Shown here: one piece after another, positions 10,301 through 20,377 of the stretch | Layout of the letters: every line of letters begins with the position of its first letter | Position numbering within the stretch: position 1 is the first letter of the stretch | Position numbers and translations under genes: made by a program | DNA from: Vampirovibrionaceae bacterium NZW_1234 | Lineage (GTDB): Bacteria; Cyanobacteriota; Vampirovibrionia; Vampirovibrionales; JAGQHJ01 | Length of the DNA stretch: 64,000 nt | Assembly: GCA_041697335.1 (NCBI GenBank) | Contig: JBGUGD010000038.1 | Location: forward strand, 32,001 to 96,000 | Direction: 5' to 3' | The notes under the pieces: generated by a model | The model's database searches: none | The model's input: the letters and a program-made list of their open reading frames with translations, nothing else | Told to the model about the DNA's origin: nothing

Positions 10301-13300
10301 TTGAAGGCGTTGATGGTCAAGATGCCCGTGCCCACGTTGGCGTTGGTCACCCGCAAGCCATCCCGGTCACCAATGGTGGCCGAGCCGTTGTTCGTCAGCA
10401 CGCTCAGGTTGGTGGTATCCACATTGTTCAGGCTGATACTGCCACCGTTGGTGCTCAGGTTCAGTGTCACGGTCTCCAGCTCACCACCGGATTGAGAAAT
10501 CCCTTCCGTCGTGTTCAACACGTTCAGGTTGGTGGTCAGGGCATTCAGATTGCCATTCAGGGTCAAGCCCAACTCAGAGGCACCATTATTGGCCGCATTA
10601 CCGCCGTGAGCATTAATCGTGACAGTGCCCAGACCGGCATTAATCGTTCCGGTGGTCAAGCCATCGCTGTCGGTCAACGTGATGTTGGCCCCCAGCAAGC
10701 CCAGACCATTGGTCGTGTTTGCGGTCACATTGGCCACATCAATGTTGTTCAGGGTAATGGCCCCGCCATTGGTGTTCAAGGTCAGGTTGGTAGCCGTCAA
10801 GGCCCCTGCCGTCTGGTTGATTACGGCACCCGTACCGGCCAGAGAAACGTTGTTGCTCAGGTTGACGGTGGCCCCGTTCACGTTACCGGCCAGAGTAATG
10901 CCGGATTCGCCATTGCTGTTGTTGGCGGTTACGCCAGAGCGGTAAGCATTGACGGTCAAAGTGCCCGTGCCCACGTTGGCGCTGTTGATGGTCAGACCAT
11001 CCCGGTCGCCGAAGGTGGCATTGGCCCCACCGGAGCCGGCATTGGTGGTATCAATGTTCAAGAAGCGGGTATCCACGTTATTGGTGGTAATGGCCCCTTC
11101 GTTGGTGTCCATACTCAGAGTCGTGGCGGTCAGTCTGCCGGCCGTCTGGGTAATGCCGCTGCCGCTGTCGACCACGTTCAGGTTCACGTTCAGACCATTG
11201 ACATCCCCGGCTAGGGTCAGACCGGACTCGGCAACACCGTTGTCTGCCGCATTGCCATTGCCCGCCGTGACCGTCAAGGTCCCACCGGTGCCAACATTGG
11301 CACTGTTGATGGTCAGCCCGTCACGGTCGGTGATGGTGGCGTTGGCCCCTGCAGCTACACCGTTGTTGGTTCTCAAGGTCAAGGTGCTGGCGTCCATGTT
11401 GGTGATGGACACAGCGCCACCACGGGTCTGGACGTTCAGGTTGCTGGTGACTTCAAGGTCACCGCTGGCCTGAGATACGCCACCGGTTGTGCTCTTGATA
11501 TCAAAGGTCGCATTGTTGGCCTGGATATTGCCATCCAAGGTAATGCCGGATTCAGCGTTGCCGTTATCCGCAGTGGCCGTGCCGTGAGCGTTAATGGTCA
11601 GGTTACCCGCCCCTAAAGCAGAGTCACCCACAGTTAAACCATCTTTATCGGTCACGGTTGCGTTGCCGCCATTGGTGTTTACCGTCAAGGTGTCGGTATC
11701 CACGTTGTTGGCCGTCACGTTACCGCCGTTGGTGTTCAAACCTAATGAGCTGGAAACGATATCCCCAGCGGTCTGGGTGATATTGCCGGTTCCGTTCTGA
11801 ACCGCCAAGGTCACATTGTTGCTAGTCACATTCCCGGTGATGGCAATACCGCCGTTGTTATGATCCACAGCGGAAGCGCCCGCATTCAAGGTCAGGTTAC
11901 CGGAACCCAAAGACGCACCGATCAAGGTCACATTATCAACATCACTGACAGTGACATTGGCATTATCCGTGTTGATGTACAACGAATTGGTATCAACGTT
12001 GTTTAAGGTGATTGAACCGGTCTCCGAGAACAGGCTCAATTTGTCGGCAGAAATCTGACCGCCAGTCTGGTTGATTTGTCCGGAACCGTTTTCAATTTCT
12101 AAAGCAACGTCTTTACCTATCACGTTGCCGGCAATGGTCAACGATTCATTCTTATGAATTGCAGAATTAATGGCATTGGCAGCCTTAATTTCGATGTCAC
12201 TGGTTCCGGCATTGGCACTGTTAACGATTAAACCGTCATCGTCATAAACAGTAATGTTACCGCTGGCGCTGCCATTGACGGTGGACACGGTCAGGGTATT
12301 GGCGTCGATATTCGGCGTGTAGATTGCACCGCCCTGGGTGATCATGGTCAGGTCTGTGGCGTTAATATCGACTGTAAATCCCGAGGCAACAATGCCCCCA
12401 GTCCCGTTCTGGACATTCAAGCTCACATTTCCACCGGTCATATCCCCGGTAATGAAGATGCCGCCATTGCCATGCGAAACCGCAGACGCACCGGCATTGA
12501 TGGTCAGGTTACCGCTGCCCACATTGGCTCCAGTCACCGTAATCCCATCGATATCGGTAATGGTGGTGCTGTTGCCGGCACCGCTGTTAATGACCGACAA
12601 ATTATCGGCATCAATATTACCCAGGGTAATGTTGCCCCGAGGAATAGCGGGGGCCACGCCACCACTGTTGTTCAAGTCTGAAGAATTGATATTCAACGTC
12701 TCTGCACTGATCAAGCCGGTGCCGCCTTGGGTAATCGCCCCGCGGGAATCCAGATTGACCGTACCGGAAGCATTGGAAATAGAACCATCAATGGTCAACG
12801 TGCCCGGTTGAGCCGAACCATAAAGCGTTGTTGAGCCGGACTTAAAGCGGTAACCGGCCGTTAAATCGACGGTTTTTGTCCCGCTCCCTGCCGTGGCAAT
12901 GGTAGAGCCTTGACCCAGGGTCAAATTGTTACCGGCTCTCAAAGTAATGGTTTTCGCCGTCAGGAAGGTGCCCAGGTTGTCATTCACGATGATATTTTGA
13001 CCCGCTTGGGCAGTGAACGACTTGCCGGAGAGGGAAATACCAACCGTATTATTCGTAAACGTAATATTGTTGGTTGCACTTAACGTGGTGTCGGCATTGG
13101 CAGCGTTTAAGAAGCCCGCCCCGACGATATAGTCTCCACTGTAGCTAAAATCAGCCAGGCGAGTGAATCGCAAGCTGTTTTGCTGGTTTGCGTTACAACC
13201 CGGCCCAAGGACACAGGTTGGGATGTTGGTCGAACCGGAATTATCAATGGTCAGGTTCGTAGGATCCAACAACAGGGAACCCAGGGCGCCATTAGCGGCG

Positions 13301-14793
13301 GTCGTATCGACCAGACCCTGGAACAAGAGATTCTCTTTACCGGAGACTTCTACCAAGCCGCCATCGCCACTGGTGGCACCACCCTTGGCGCTAATGGAGC
13401 CCTGGAAGATCGTATCCCCATCGGACCAGAGAACGACTTGCCCGCCATTGCCGGAGTCAATGGCGTCGGCTTTCAAGGTGACACCCTCACCGACATAGGT
13501 GAAATCGCTATTCTTGATGTTGGGGTCTTGACCCATGTAGCTACCGCCAACGTTGATAGAACCGCCACCGGTTTGACCGGAAGCATCCACAACGGCGCCA
13601 TCGGTCATGGCAACGAATTGACCCAGGAAGTTAATGGCACCGCCATCGCCTTCCGTCCCGGCCGCCAGCAATTGACCGCCTTCATTCAAGGCCGCCTGAC
13701 CTTCCACATGGATCGAGCCGCCGGTGGTGCCGCTGGCATCCACCAGGCCGGTATTCTTGATGATGCCGGAACCATCGGCAATCAACTCAACCGTGCCGCC
13801 CGCACCGTCAACCACTTTATTGGCAATAATCCGGCCGGAGTTGTTCACAATGACATCCAGCACGGACTCTTTCAAGGCAGCTGCCATGATTTTCACGGCT
13901 TCAGCCGACAGGGTTCCGTTGTTGGTAATCAACGTCGTGGCTTGATCCAATTGATCCTGGACCGCCTCATCAATGGTAAACCCAATCAGGTCAGAGCCCA
14001 ACTGAATCCGATCGCCCACGGCAATCTGGATGCGCCCGGCGGTCACATTACCGCTGTTGACAAACGAAGAGGCCAGGAACGATGCCGAGCCTCCGTTAGC
14101 GATATTGATGTTTGCGCCGTCTTCAATTTTAATCTGGCCGAGGCCGGAACCGACGGCCCGGGAGAATTCGTACTGCCCGGACAAGAACTTGTGGTTGGCA
14201 ATATCCAGCGTGGACGCAACCAGGCCGGATACGGAGATTGCTGCACCTTGCCCAAAGAGAACACCGGCCGGGTTAATCAGGAACACGTTCCCGTTCGACT
14301 GGATGGACCCGTAAATCTGGGACATTTGACCGCTCAAAACGCGGTTCAAAATGGTGGAGTTGCTTCCAGGAAGATTAAATTTGACGGTCGCTGCTGACCC
14401 GACGTCAAAGGTATTGTAGTTAACGATAGACTGCTGTGCACCTGTGGAGACTTGGAGTACATTGCCGGTTTGGGAAAACACGTGATTCCCCGAGACAGAC
14501 TGGAAGCCTGTAGGCAATGCATTGGAATCGAGCGCCATGGATTGTGACGTCAAAAGCGATACCCCTGCCATGGTTGCCAACATGGCCATCTTCACGGAAG
14601 CGGCCGGGGTGGCGTATGCGGCATTCAACATGCCGAACAACTCAGCAATCATGTGGTTAATGTCATCCACATGGGTGGTAAAGGTTCTGAGTTTCCCATT
14701 CAGGTAGTAGAAAAACCGGTGTTTGTTTTTCGCGTCACGGAAGATTTGAGACGGTTTCAGCAGCAGTTTGGTATTCAAGGCGCAGTACTCCAC
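7381..14793 (-). CDS. Two-partner secretion exoprotein TpsA (filamentous haemagglutinin-like, 2470 aa)
   Basis: TPS domain motifs (ILNRV, S.IYG.I.SNGNVFLINPAGVLFG), GGLVEVSG and GSLLLDP motifs, long T/N/G/V/L beta-helix repeats; downstream of TpsB. Confidence 0.93.
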   Translation of the reverse strand: MEYCALNTKLLLKPSQIFRDAKNKHRFFYYLNGKLRTFTTHVDDINHMIAELFGMLNAAYATPAASVKMAMLATMAGVSLLTSQSMALDSNALPTGFQSVSGNHVFSQTGNVLQVSTGAQQSIVNYNTFDVGSAATVKFNLPGSNSTILNRVLSGQMSQIYGSIQSNGNVFLINPAGVLFGQGAAISVSGLVASTLDIANHKFLSGQYEFSRAVGSGLGQIKIEDGANINIANGGSASFLASSFVNSGNVTAGRIQIAVGDRIQLGSDLIGFTIDEAVQDQLDQATTLITNNGTLSAEAVKIMAAALKESVLDVIVNNSGRIIANKVVDGAGGTVELIADGSGIIKNTGLVDASGTTGGSIHVEGQAALNEGGQLLAAGTEGDGGAINFLGQFVAMTDGAVVDASGQTGGGSINVGGSYMGQDPNIKNSDFTYVGEGVTLKADAIDSGNGGQVVLWSDGDTIFQGSISAKGGATSGDGGLVEVSGKENLLFQGLVDTTAANGALGSLLLDPTNLTIDNSGSTNIPTCVLGPGCNANQQNSLRFTRLADFSYSGDYIVGAGFLNAANADTTLSATNNITFTNNTVGISLSGKSFTAQAGQNIIVNDNLGTFLTAKTITLRAGNNLTLGQGSTIATAGSGTKTVDLTAGYRFKSGSTTLYGSAQPGTLTIDGSISNASGTVNLDSRGAITQGGTGLISAETLNINSSDLNNSGGVAPAIPRGNITLGNIDADNLSVINSGAGNSTTITDIDGITVTGANVGSGNLTINAGASAVSHGNGGIFITGDMTGGNVSLNVQNGTGGIVASGFTVDINATDLTMITQGGAIYTPNIDANTLTVSTVNGSASGNITVYDDDGLIVNSANAGTSDIEIKAANAINSAIHKNESLTIAGNVIGKDVALEIENGSGQINQTGGQISADKLSLFSETGSITLNNVDTNSLYINTDNANVTVSDVDNVTLIGASLGSGNLTLNAGASAVDHNNGGIAITGNVTSNNVTLAVQNGTGNITQTAGDIVSSSLGLNTNGGNVTANNVDTDTLTVNTNGGNATVTDKDGLTVGDSALGAGNLTINAHGTATADNGNAESGITLDGNIQANNATFDIKSTTGGVSQASGDLEVTSNLNVQTRGGAVSITNMDASTLTLRTNNGVAAGANATITDRDGLTINSANVGTGGTLTVTAGNGNAADNGVAESGLTLAGDVNGLNVNLNVVDSGSGITQTAGRLTATTLSMDTNEGAITTNNVDTRFLNIDTTNAGSGGANATFGDRDGLTINSANVGTGTLTVNAYRSGVTANNSNGESGITLAGNVNGATVNLSNNVSLAGTGAVINQTAGALTATNLTLNTNGGAITLNNIDVANVTANTTNGLGLLGANITLTDSDGLTTGTINAGLGTVTINAHGGNAANNGASELGLTLNGNLNALTTNLNVLNTTEGISQSGGELETVTLNLSTNGGSISLNNVDTTNLSVLTNNGSATIGDRDGLRVTNANVGTGILTINAFNGSTANNGVSLLEGNLTLAGNVNGQTVNLNVNSGAGNIVQSSGNLTATDLNFSTTGGNVTANNVDTETLTVNTSGGNATVTDTDGVKVGNSNVGTGTLTINAQSTTATADNGNTENNLSIIGDVAGQTVNLNVLSGTFDIDEPGSSVVATNLNLTTTGGDIDLHNVDTTNLTIDTTVGGAAGGNASVVDKDGLTITSAEVGAGTLSVTAGHGANTADNGNAESGITLDGNVNGATVNLTVEDSGDIDQVIGDLTASDLNFNTNGGNVTALNVDTTTLSLTTNGGHVTLNDKDGLTLETDANLGSGNLTITTFEPSVTADNGNAEGDLVVDTQVDANNVELTAREGDINLNANINSTAHVDIVTLGTDGDITQQAGTTVSGTLSVDYLTYSTDSDIILNGSTTSDNNIDVVTLGADSEIIASATSNLEADTVELTTIGANSGITLGGSIQGHSDVEVTTISSNSAITLESTSDINAGSLTTDGEVTMLTIGNNSGISQADGASITADDGISFTTIGSDSTIDLNGTVTATDSGVSLTTIGSGSTIQTGATNTITADTGVNLLTIGSNASITLNGDITNNGNSVNITTVGSDAPVTLGSTANITSDGSFAIITLGTGSTINQVAGSSVEANGPVSFNTVGNNSGITLGGSNESTTGSILVQTAGSLSDILLSDGSTVQGATTATVKTLNDSNITLAGLLQGDTSVDVTIQGSTGLLTLAPTTTINSNLLTGRVALKSDNMLFLGGSINSDFLSYAAFNPTTTIGVGGGTGVLQLPQLAFDIANVNDLFIGDQFTNTTITIGRVVLTGNPLDLTFNTLFSVQESTPFSDSGAAFENVVMNAGNDIYFTGGATSAADRLTAPGVQFVGNNLSPFGDIDVALPGDSLAYVKLPDAIGVGKVILLITPGGAAFVNVPDDDDSGKLRNLAGSLGSRIATQIQNEFKGNTINLPGGPFSFLGQGGLGGNGNGASFIPFRNF

Positions 14794-14972
14794 ATTACTT
14801 AGGTATTACAAATATAGTGAGGCAATGTACATAATAGGATATCAATTCAAGAAATCAATATGATTTGAATAAATTATACATAGTTGTTTAAAAAATCGGA
14901 GGTGTGATTTTGATGTTACCTCGACTTTTGAAACGAAATTAATGTTTACAACTATCTTAAAAAAGCCCGCCA

Positions 14973-16772
14973 CTAGAAAATGCGACTTTCCAAACCGAAG
15001 TGGAGACGGGCAAATTCGTTGCTTGGAGCCACCCGAAGCAGCGGGAAGCCAAGGTCAAGACGAGCATTCAAGAAGCGAGTGACCTTTGCCCGCATCCCAA
15101 AGCCCGCACTCAGCAGGTAAGCATTGGGCTGGACAGAGCCGCTCAGGGCATTCACCCCGCTAAAGGCATAGTTGTCAAAGGCGCCACCGGCATCGGCAAA
15201 GGTTACAAACTCCAGGTTATCCCGTAATTTGTAGTCGCGAACCTTCAAATTCTCGGACAGAAAGTGCATGGGCATCCGCCATTCCGCACTCACTACGACC
15301 CCGGAGTCGCCAATCAAACGACCTTCGGAATACCCGCGAACCGTCGTGGCGCCACCCAGCTGGAATTGCTCCAAGGCAACCAGGGGATTGGGGGAATATT
15401 GTCCTAGGACCTTAAAGATACCGTAGGTAGGACCCACCAGCTTTTGCAGACGAACAATCGAACCGGTATATCTAAAGAACTGGCTTCCAGCCCCCGGACG
15501 ATTCCCGGAAGCAGGGCGGCTGCTCAGCGAATCGCTCCCCAGGCTGGCGTTGAACAAATCAACCCCGATGCCCAGTTCGTGGCGCATGAACAATTGGCCA
15601 TGCTTGTCATAGGAACGGAAGTTCAGGGCCGGGGTAATCACCCGCAGCCGGTCTTCGTTCAACTTGGTGCTGCTGGCAACGAACTCGGAGTTCTTGATGC
15701 CGAAGCCCAGGTCCGCCGTGAGGACCATTTTTTCAGTCCGCTTCAGCTCCTGGGAGATATAGGGCTGAATCAGGTTGGAGTTTCCACGCAATTTAACGTT
15801 ATTCTGGCTCAAATCAAAGTGGGTATGGGCGGTACTGATTCCCAGCTTGGTTCCGTGGGGGCCAAGGGGCAGTTCATAGCCGTTAATCACACCAAAGGAA
15901 CGCTTCGTAAAATAAGGGCTGATAAACCCGGTATCCGCCAGGCCAAAGACGTTGTTGTTGGTAAAGGTGGTCCCAATCCGGAACTGGCCGATGGGATCCC
16001 GGCCCAGGTTATCGAAGAAGGGTGCGGCGTGGAGGAAGAAGTTGTTCTTGGTGGGGGACAGAATCACCCGAGTTTCCCCAGGCTTCTCACCGGCCCGCAA
16101 GGTGGCCTGAAGGGCCAGATCCGGATTCTCGTTAATCCGGCGCAAGCTTCGTTGCAGGGGAGCCACCTGGAAAAGTTGTCCGGGCTTCAAGGCCACGCGA
16201 GGCACAATGGCAGCCCGGCGGAAGTACTTCACCTTCTCCAGGGAGACTTCGCTGACCACACCTTCATCGGCCCGAATGGTCAGAACGCCATCTTCAATCT
16301 TCTGGGGCGGAATAAAGACGAGGGTCGTAATATAGCCCCGGGATTCGTAGAGTTCCGTCAATTTGTCGGCCACATTTTCCTGGAGTTCCTGAAGTGAGCT
16401 CTCTTTATTCTCATAAGGGGCCACAATGGCTCTCACTTCTTCCTGGGACAAAACAGTAACGCCCTCGACATTGATTTTCTCAATCTTCAAAGGGCGTTTC
16501 AGACTGGGGTCCAGGCGGGGTTCTTCAATGGTACTTTTAATGGGGGCCGTGGTCTGCTCCGGAGACTTCTGCTGGTTGTCCAGAATGTCGACGGGGTTCA
16601 CCTTTTCCGGCTGATCCGTAATGGGACTGGTGACATCTTCCAGGATGGTACCTGAAAAGGTTCTCGGCACATTGGTACCAGGAACAAAGGTGCCTTGAGC
16701 ATTACTGGCATGCTGCAGCAAAAGAAAACCAACCAAACTGGCGGTAGAAATCAAGCGAGAATATTTAATCAA
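14973..16772 (-). CDS. ShlB/FhaC/HecB-family TpsB outer-membrane transporter
   Basis: Signal peptide, POTRA-like region (LTELYESRGYIT...PPQKIEDGVL), EQFQLGGATTVRGY loop-6 motif, FAD.G, C-terminal Phe. Confidence 0.93.
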   Translation of the reverse strand: MIKYSRLISTASLVGFLLLQHASNAQGTFVPGTNVPRTFSGTILEDVTSPITDQPEKVNPVDILDNQQKSPEQTTAPIKSTIEEPRLDPSLKRPLKIEKINVEGVTVLSQEEVRAIVAPYENKESSLQELQENVADKLTELYESRGYITTLVFIPPQKIEDGVLTIRADEGVVSEVSLEKVKYFRRAAIVPRVALKPGQLFQVAPLQRSLRRINENPDLALQATLRAGEKPGETRVILSPTKNNFFLHAAPFFDNLGRDPIGQFRIGTTFTNNNVFGLADTGFISPYFTKRSFGVINGYELPLGPHGTKLGISTAHTHFDLSQNNVKLRGNSNLIQPYISQELKRTEKMVLTADLGFGIKNSEFVASSTKLNEDRLRVITPALNFRSYDKHGQLFMRHELGIGVDLFNASLGSDSLSSRPASGNRPGAGSQFFRYTGSIVRLQKLVGPTYGIFKVLGQYSPNPLVALEQFQLGGATTVRGYSEGRLIGDSGVVVSAEWRMPMHFLSENLKVRDYKLRDNLEFVTFADAGGAFDNYAFSGVNALSGSVQPNAYLLSAGFGMRAKVTRFLNARLDLGFPLLRVAPSNEFARLHFGLESRIF

Positions 16773-17264
16773 CTCTTAGGACCCCAAGTTATTAACAGCT
16801 ATCAAACTATGGCACCGTGATAATACAAACACTGAGGCTTTGCAAACCCGAAGTTCGTGTTAAGAAATGTTAAGTTGCCCTGTTTTTACCGGCCACAGTG
16901 ATGAAGCCCTTGCTTCAAGGACTGCTTTGGGACTGATTGATTATGAAATGACAAATGTAGATTCTTAATGCAAATCCCACCATGCCACTCCTAAACAGAG
17001 GACCAACCTGCATTCACAGATCTGTCACCGTGGAGAAGATGCTCTATCAACATCATGGCAAGACCCAGACAACCCGAACACGTCCTTAATCCGTAAGGAC
17101 CTCAAACCCTCATTGTCGGTAACCACTTTAGGCCTATTATACATGGCGTTTGCAAAGACAGGCAAACCAAATCTATGGTTCTGAAAGCGCTCGCTTTATC
17201 AAGCAAAACAAGCAATCTCAAGCACAAACAAGGCCACTATAATTCGTAGAAAAAGCCTTGATAA

Positions 17265-18200
17265 TCAAATCGTTCTTTTCAGTCCGGGTAATTGGGCATT
17301 CTCGGGGAGGTACCCAATATCCATCAGCCCAAACCCTTTTTTAAACTCGCTGTAGCTTAACTGCATCACCTTGGAACCCAAATGGGGATTCAGCACTTTC
17401 ACGGTCTGATACGTCGGATCAATATCGAGAAGCGAGTAGGCGTGGGCATCCAGGACCTCTACCCGTTGCCCCGTCAGGGTCCTTACCTCTTTCCCGATAC
17501 CGTTGACGGAAACCGTCACCGTCTTCATATACGGTGCCAACTGATTCAAGAGGTCAGACACGTCGACCTTTTCAAAGTCAATGGTCTCGGGATGTTTTCC
17601 GGTGAGGGCATAATAACCGTTACCGGAGCCTTCCAGGGCCGCTTGCAGCGACGGGTATCTCAGGGCCTTGTCATGTAAAAACCAGTTTCTCGGGGTCGGA
17701 TCCGACTCCAGATAAACTCTCGGCACCGGCTGCTTTTCATGAAGGGCGCGGGCATATTCAAAAATCGGCACATACAGCGGGCCGATCGTTCCGGCATAGC
17801 CCAACTCCTCCAGGGCCTTCTTGCGGGACACGGGAATCTGAACCTGGGTGTCACCCCATTTGGCATGAAGCGTCACGATGAAGCGATCGGCATCGACCTG
17901 TCGGACGGCTTTCTCCAGGCGCCTGGCTTTGACCGGGTGTGTCGTCAGGCTGTTCAAAAACGCAACCTGGGGACAATTCCCCACATTGCGCTGGCCGCAC
18001 TGGCCTAGCACATGGGCTTTGGCGAAATCGTAATCCTTGCAGCGGCGGGTCAACACAATGGGCTCCGGGTCTTTATCCTCAGTGGGCAAGGGTGGCGAGG
18101 TTAATCCAAACCGCACGCTCGTCTGAAGTCCGGGGGGCATTGCCGGATAAAATCTGGCGAAATTCGTCTGTATCGGGGTCATAGTCACCAGGGCCTTCAT
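17265..18200 (-). CDS. Calpain-like (C2-type) cysteine protease with RFG leader
   Basis: Q-x-x-x-G-N-C (QRNVGNC), HAYSL and VLNPH catalytic-triad motifs; TSVRFG in N-terminus. Confidence 0.72.
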   Translation of the reverse strand: MKALVTMTPIQTNFARFYPAMPPGLQTSVRFGLTSPPLPTEDKDPEPIVLTRRCKDYDFAKAHVLGQCGQRNVGNCPQVAFLNSLTTHPVKARRLEKAVRQVDADRFIVTLHAKWGDTQVQIPVSRKKALEELGYAGTIGPLYVPIFEYARALHEKQPVPRVYLESDPTPRNWFLHDKALRYPSLQAALEGSGNGYYALTGKHPETIDFEKVDVSDLLNQLAPYMKTVTVSVNGIGKEVRTLTGQRVEVLDAHAYSLLDIDPTYQTVKVLNPHLGSKVMQLSYSEFKKGFGLMDIGYLPENAQLPGLKRTI

Positions 18201-18308
18201 GTCCTATACTCTCGTGCTGTATAAAATGCACTCAAGCATGGTTTTTGACAGTCCTTTTGAGAGCCGCCTGAGACCGTCATTTGATACCTCGAAATAAAGA
18301 TTAGGTCC

Positions 18309-19136
18309 GTGAGTGTCAATCCCTCGGGCGTGTGGCTTGACAGATGGCTGAGCGGGCTCAAAAATAGAAAAACGCATTTCAGAGAGTTGCAGAAGTCAAC
18401 CACTGTGAAAACCCTGGCCATCACCCCCGCCAATGCCTCAGCAAGCCGCAACGCGGCCAGTGTTGGTGCGGGATTATGTCCTCATGGGTTTTCCCAAATG
18501 TCCTGTTCCAAGTGCGGCGGCGGTGGTGGCGGTGGCGCCGCCCCCAAACGCACCGCAGGCCTGATGAGCTGGAACGAAGCCTACGCGTTATGGCGCTCCA
18601 TTCAAAATGCCCGTATCCGGGAAGAAGATTACCTTCGCAACCGGGAAGCCTCGGTCCGCCAATCGGCCGTAGAGACCAATCGATTGCTTTTCATGCAGTC
18701 CATTGGCGCCACGCTGATGCGCTGGGTGCCGTCGGCAGCGCTGGCAACCATGGCCGCAGTCCTTCGCGCAGTCGTGCTGAACCCCATCACCCTGGCCCGA
18801 AACGTCATCGCTTCGGTCCCGGCGGCCATGTCTCAAGCCCTTCAGGGGATCAAAGCAGCGGTTGTCACCGTGGCCGATATCGCCGATCGGGTGGCCACCG
18901 TGATTGGTGAAAAACTCAAGGCCCTGCAGGAATTTCTCAGCGAGAATTTAAAGAAGCTACGCGCCCAGATCTTCAAGCTCAACATTCTCAAGTCCTTAAA
19001 ATCCATCTGGAATTTTCCCAAAGCCTTTAAAGAGGAATGGTTGCCCTCGGCCATCGAGAAATTCAAGCGCCGTATCTTCAGCTTCCTCAACCCGGTGTCC
19101 ACCGAGCCGGAATACGATTCGGACGCCTCGTCCTAA
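18309..19136 (+). CDS. Hypothetical protein with CPHG-x5-CxxC-polyG putative Zn-binding motif and helical C-terminus
   Basis: CPHGFSQMSCSKCGGGGGGG; start uncertain (possibly GTG near 18405). Confidence 0.65.
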   Translation: MSVNPSGVWLDRWLSGLKNRKTHFRELQKSTTVKTLAITPANASASRNAASVGAGLCPHGFSQMSCSKCGGGGGGGAAPKRTAGLMSWNEAYALWRSIQNARIREEDYLRNREASVRQSAVETNRLLFMQSIGATLMRWVPSAALATMAAVLRAVVLNPITLARNVIASVPAAMSQALQGIKAAVVTVADIADRVATVIGEKLKALQEFLSENLKKLRAQIFKLNILKSLKSIWNFPKAFKEEWLPSAIEKFKRRIFSFLNPVSTEPEYDSDASS

Positions 19137-19390
19137 TCTTCCCGGGTCTTTTCGCCTTGACGGTTGGCCTGCCCCCCCTTGCGGCCAATGGAGGCCATAT
19201 GCTCCCGATCCCGGCTCACGGTTTCGCCGCCTTTGCGGCCAGCCACACGCGCTTCCTCGGGGGTAAAAATATGGGCGGTTCCTTTTTCATGAGCCGCTTT
19301 ACCCCCTTTTCGGGCAATGGCTTTCAACTTTTCCGTGTCCATAGCCGCAAAGCCCCGTTTTGGTTTGGAATCCTGTCTCTTCTCGGTCAT
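19133..19390 (-). CDS. KGG-repeat general stress protein (YciG/GsiB-like)
   Basis: RGFAAMD, IARKGG, AGRKGG, IGRKGG repeats; aggag RBS. Confidence 0.9.
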   Translation of the reverse strand: MTEKRQDSKPKRGFAAMDTEKLKAIARKGGKAAHEKGTAHIFTPEEARVAGRKGGETVSRDREHMASIGRKGGQANRQGEKTRED

Positions 19391-19551
19391 TGCAATCTTC
19401 TCCTATCAGGACCGTTGAGCTTGAATACAAAGGCCCTACCAACGTTTCCTGTCATCATACTGACGGTCGTCACGAAACGACCATTCTCCAGGTGGCGAAC
19501 TCTAAGCGAGGGTGCTTTGCGCTCGGGCATCCTTTACGGTGTCATCACGCC

Positions 19552-20076
19552 TCAGGGCTCTTTTGCTTGCTTCGAGGCCGGAGCCTGGTGAAGAGACTCA
19601 TCCAGCATTTCCGACGTGTTGTAGGCCGCAATTTTGCTGGCCAATCCGGTATCCGGGGCATGGGCTGACAGGGGCCTCATCTTGCCATGACTGCTGGAAT
19701 GCGGGTTTCTCAGATCAGCCGACCCTCCGGCCCCGGCCCCATGAATATCTCCCCCGGTGGGGCCTCCCATGCGCTTGCCTTGCCCCAGGCGGCTTCTGGT
19801 CAGATCGTCCGACATGCCCCCTGCCGACACCCCGCCGGTATGAACATCGGTGGCCGTGCCATCCATGCCGGTCTCATTCACCGAGCTTTCCTCTTCCTGA
19901 TCCAGATAGAGCTGGCTTTCGGGCGTGGGCGTCCCCCATACATCAATGTCCTCATCCACGGCCCCGTAAATCAGAAGCTCCGCATCCGAGACCGTCTCGG
20001 TCAACGTGACGTTTTCTTCCAAGGCCTCCAACGCTTGAGGTTCAGGCTTCTTTCTGGATTCCGAATCCGGTTTCAT
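19552..20076 (-). CDS. Hydrophilic acidic/Gly-rich hypothetical protein
   Basis: ORF with gggag RBS before ATG 20076; same strand as the KGG gene. Confidence 0.55.
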   Translation of the reverse strand: MKPDSESRKKPEPQALEALEENVTLTETVSDAELLIYGAVDEDIDVWGTPTPESQLYLDQEEESSVNETGMDGTATDVHTGGVSAGGMSDDLTRSRLGQGKRMGGPTGGDIHGAGAGGSADLRNPHSSSHGKMRPLSAHAPDTGLASKIAAYNTSEMLDESLHQAPASKQAKEP

Positions 20077-20377
20077 GATGTTGCGCTCCCTTGTTACCTT
20101 CAATCCGTCTATACGGGAGATCATAACAACTTTTACAAAAATAACACTTGCCGGAGACGGCAATTCCACCGCACCTCACCCTAAGTCCGCTTGCACTACA
20201 GGCTGTTCTGCTCCTCATTGTCCTTTGGCTAAGACTGGGGTAGGCTATTCTTGTACTCGGTACTGGACCATACCTGCTGCCAGGAGTGCCGCCGCACCGC
20301 GACTCTGCTCCTCCCGAGTACCAGTCCTCCCCTTGCTTCTGGCAATGGCGACCGAGAATAGCTTGAACGAGACCCCA

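Noticed and set aside
8179..14397. Long plus-strand ORFs (e.g. 9670..11214, 13180..14397) opposite tpsA
   Set aside because: Antisense shadows caused by codon bias of the repetitive TpsA; no recognisable motifs
20075..20377. About 100-aa N-terminal extension on the MFS transporter
   Set aside because: Overlaps a divergent gene start and looks non-coding; MFS similarity begins near ATG 20378
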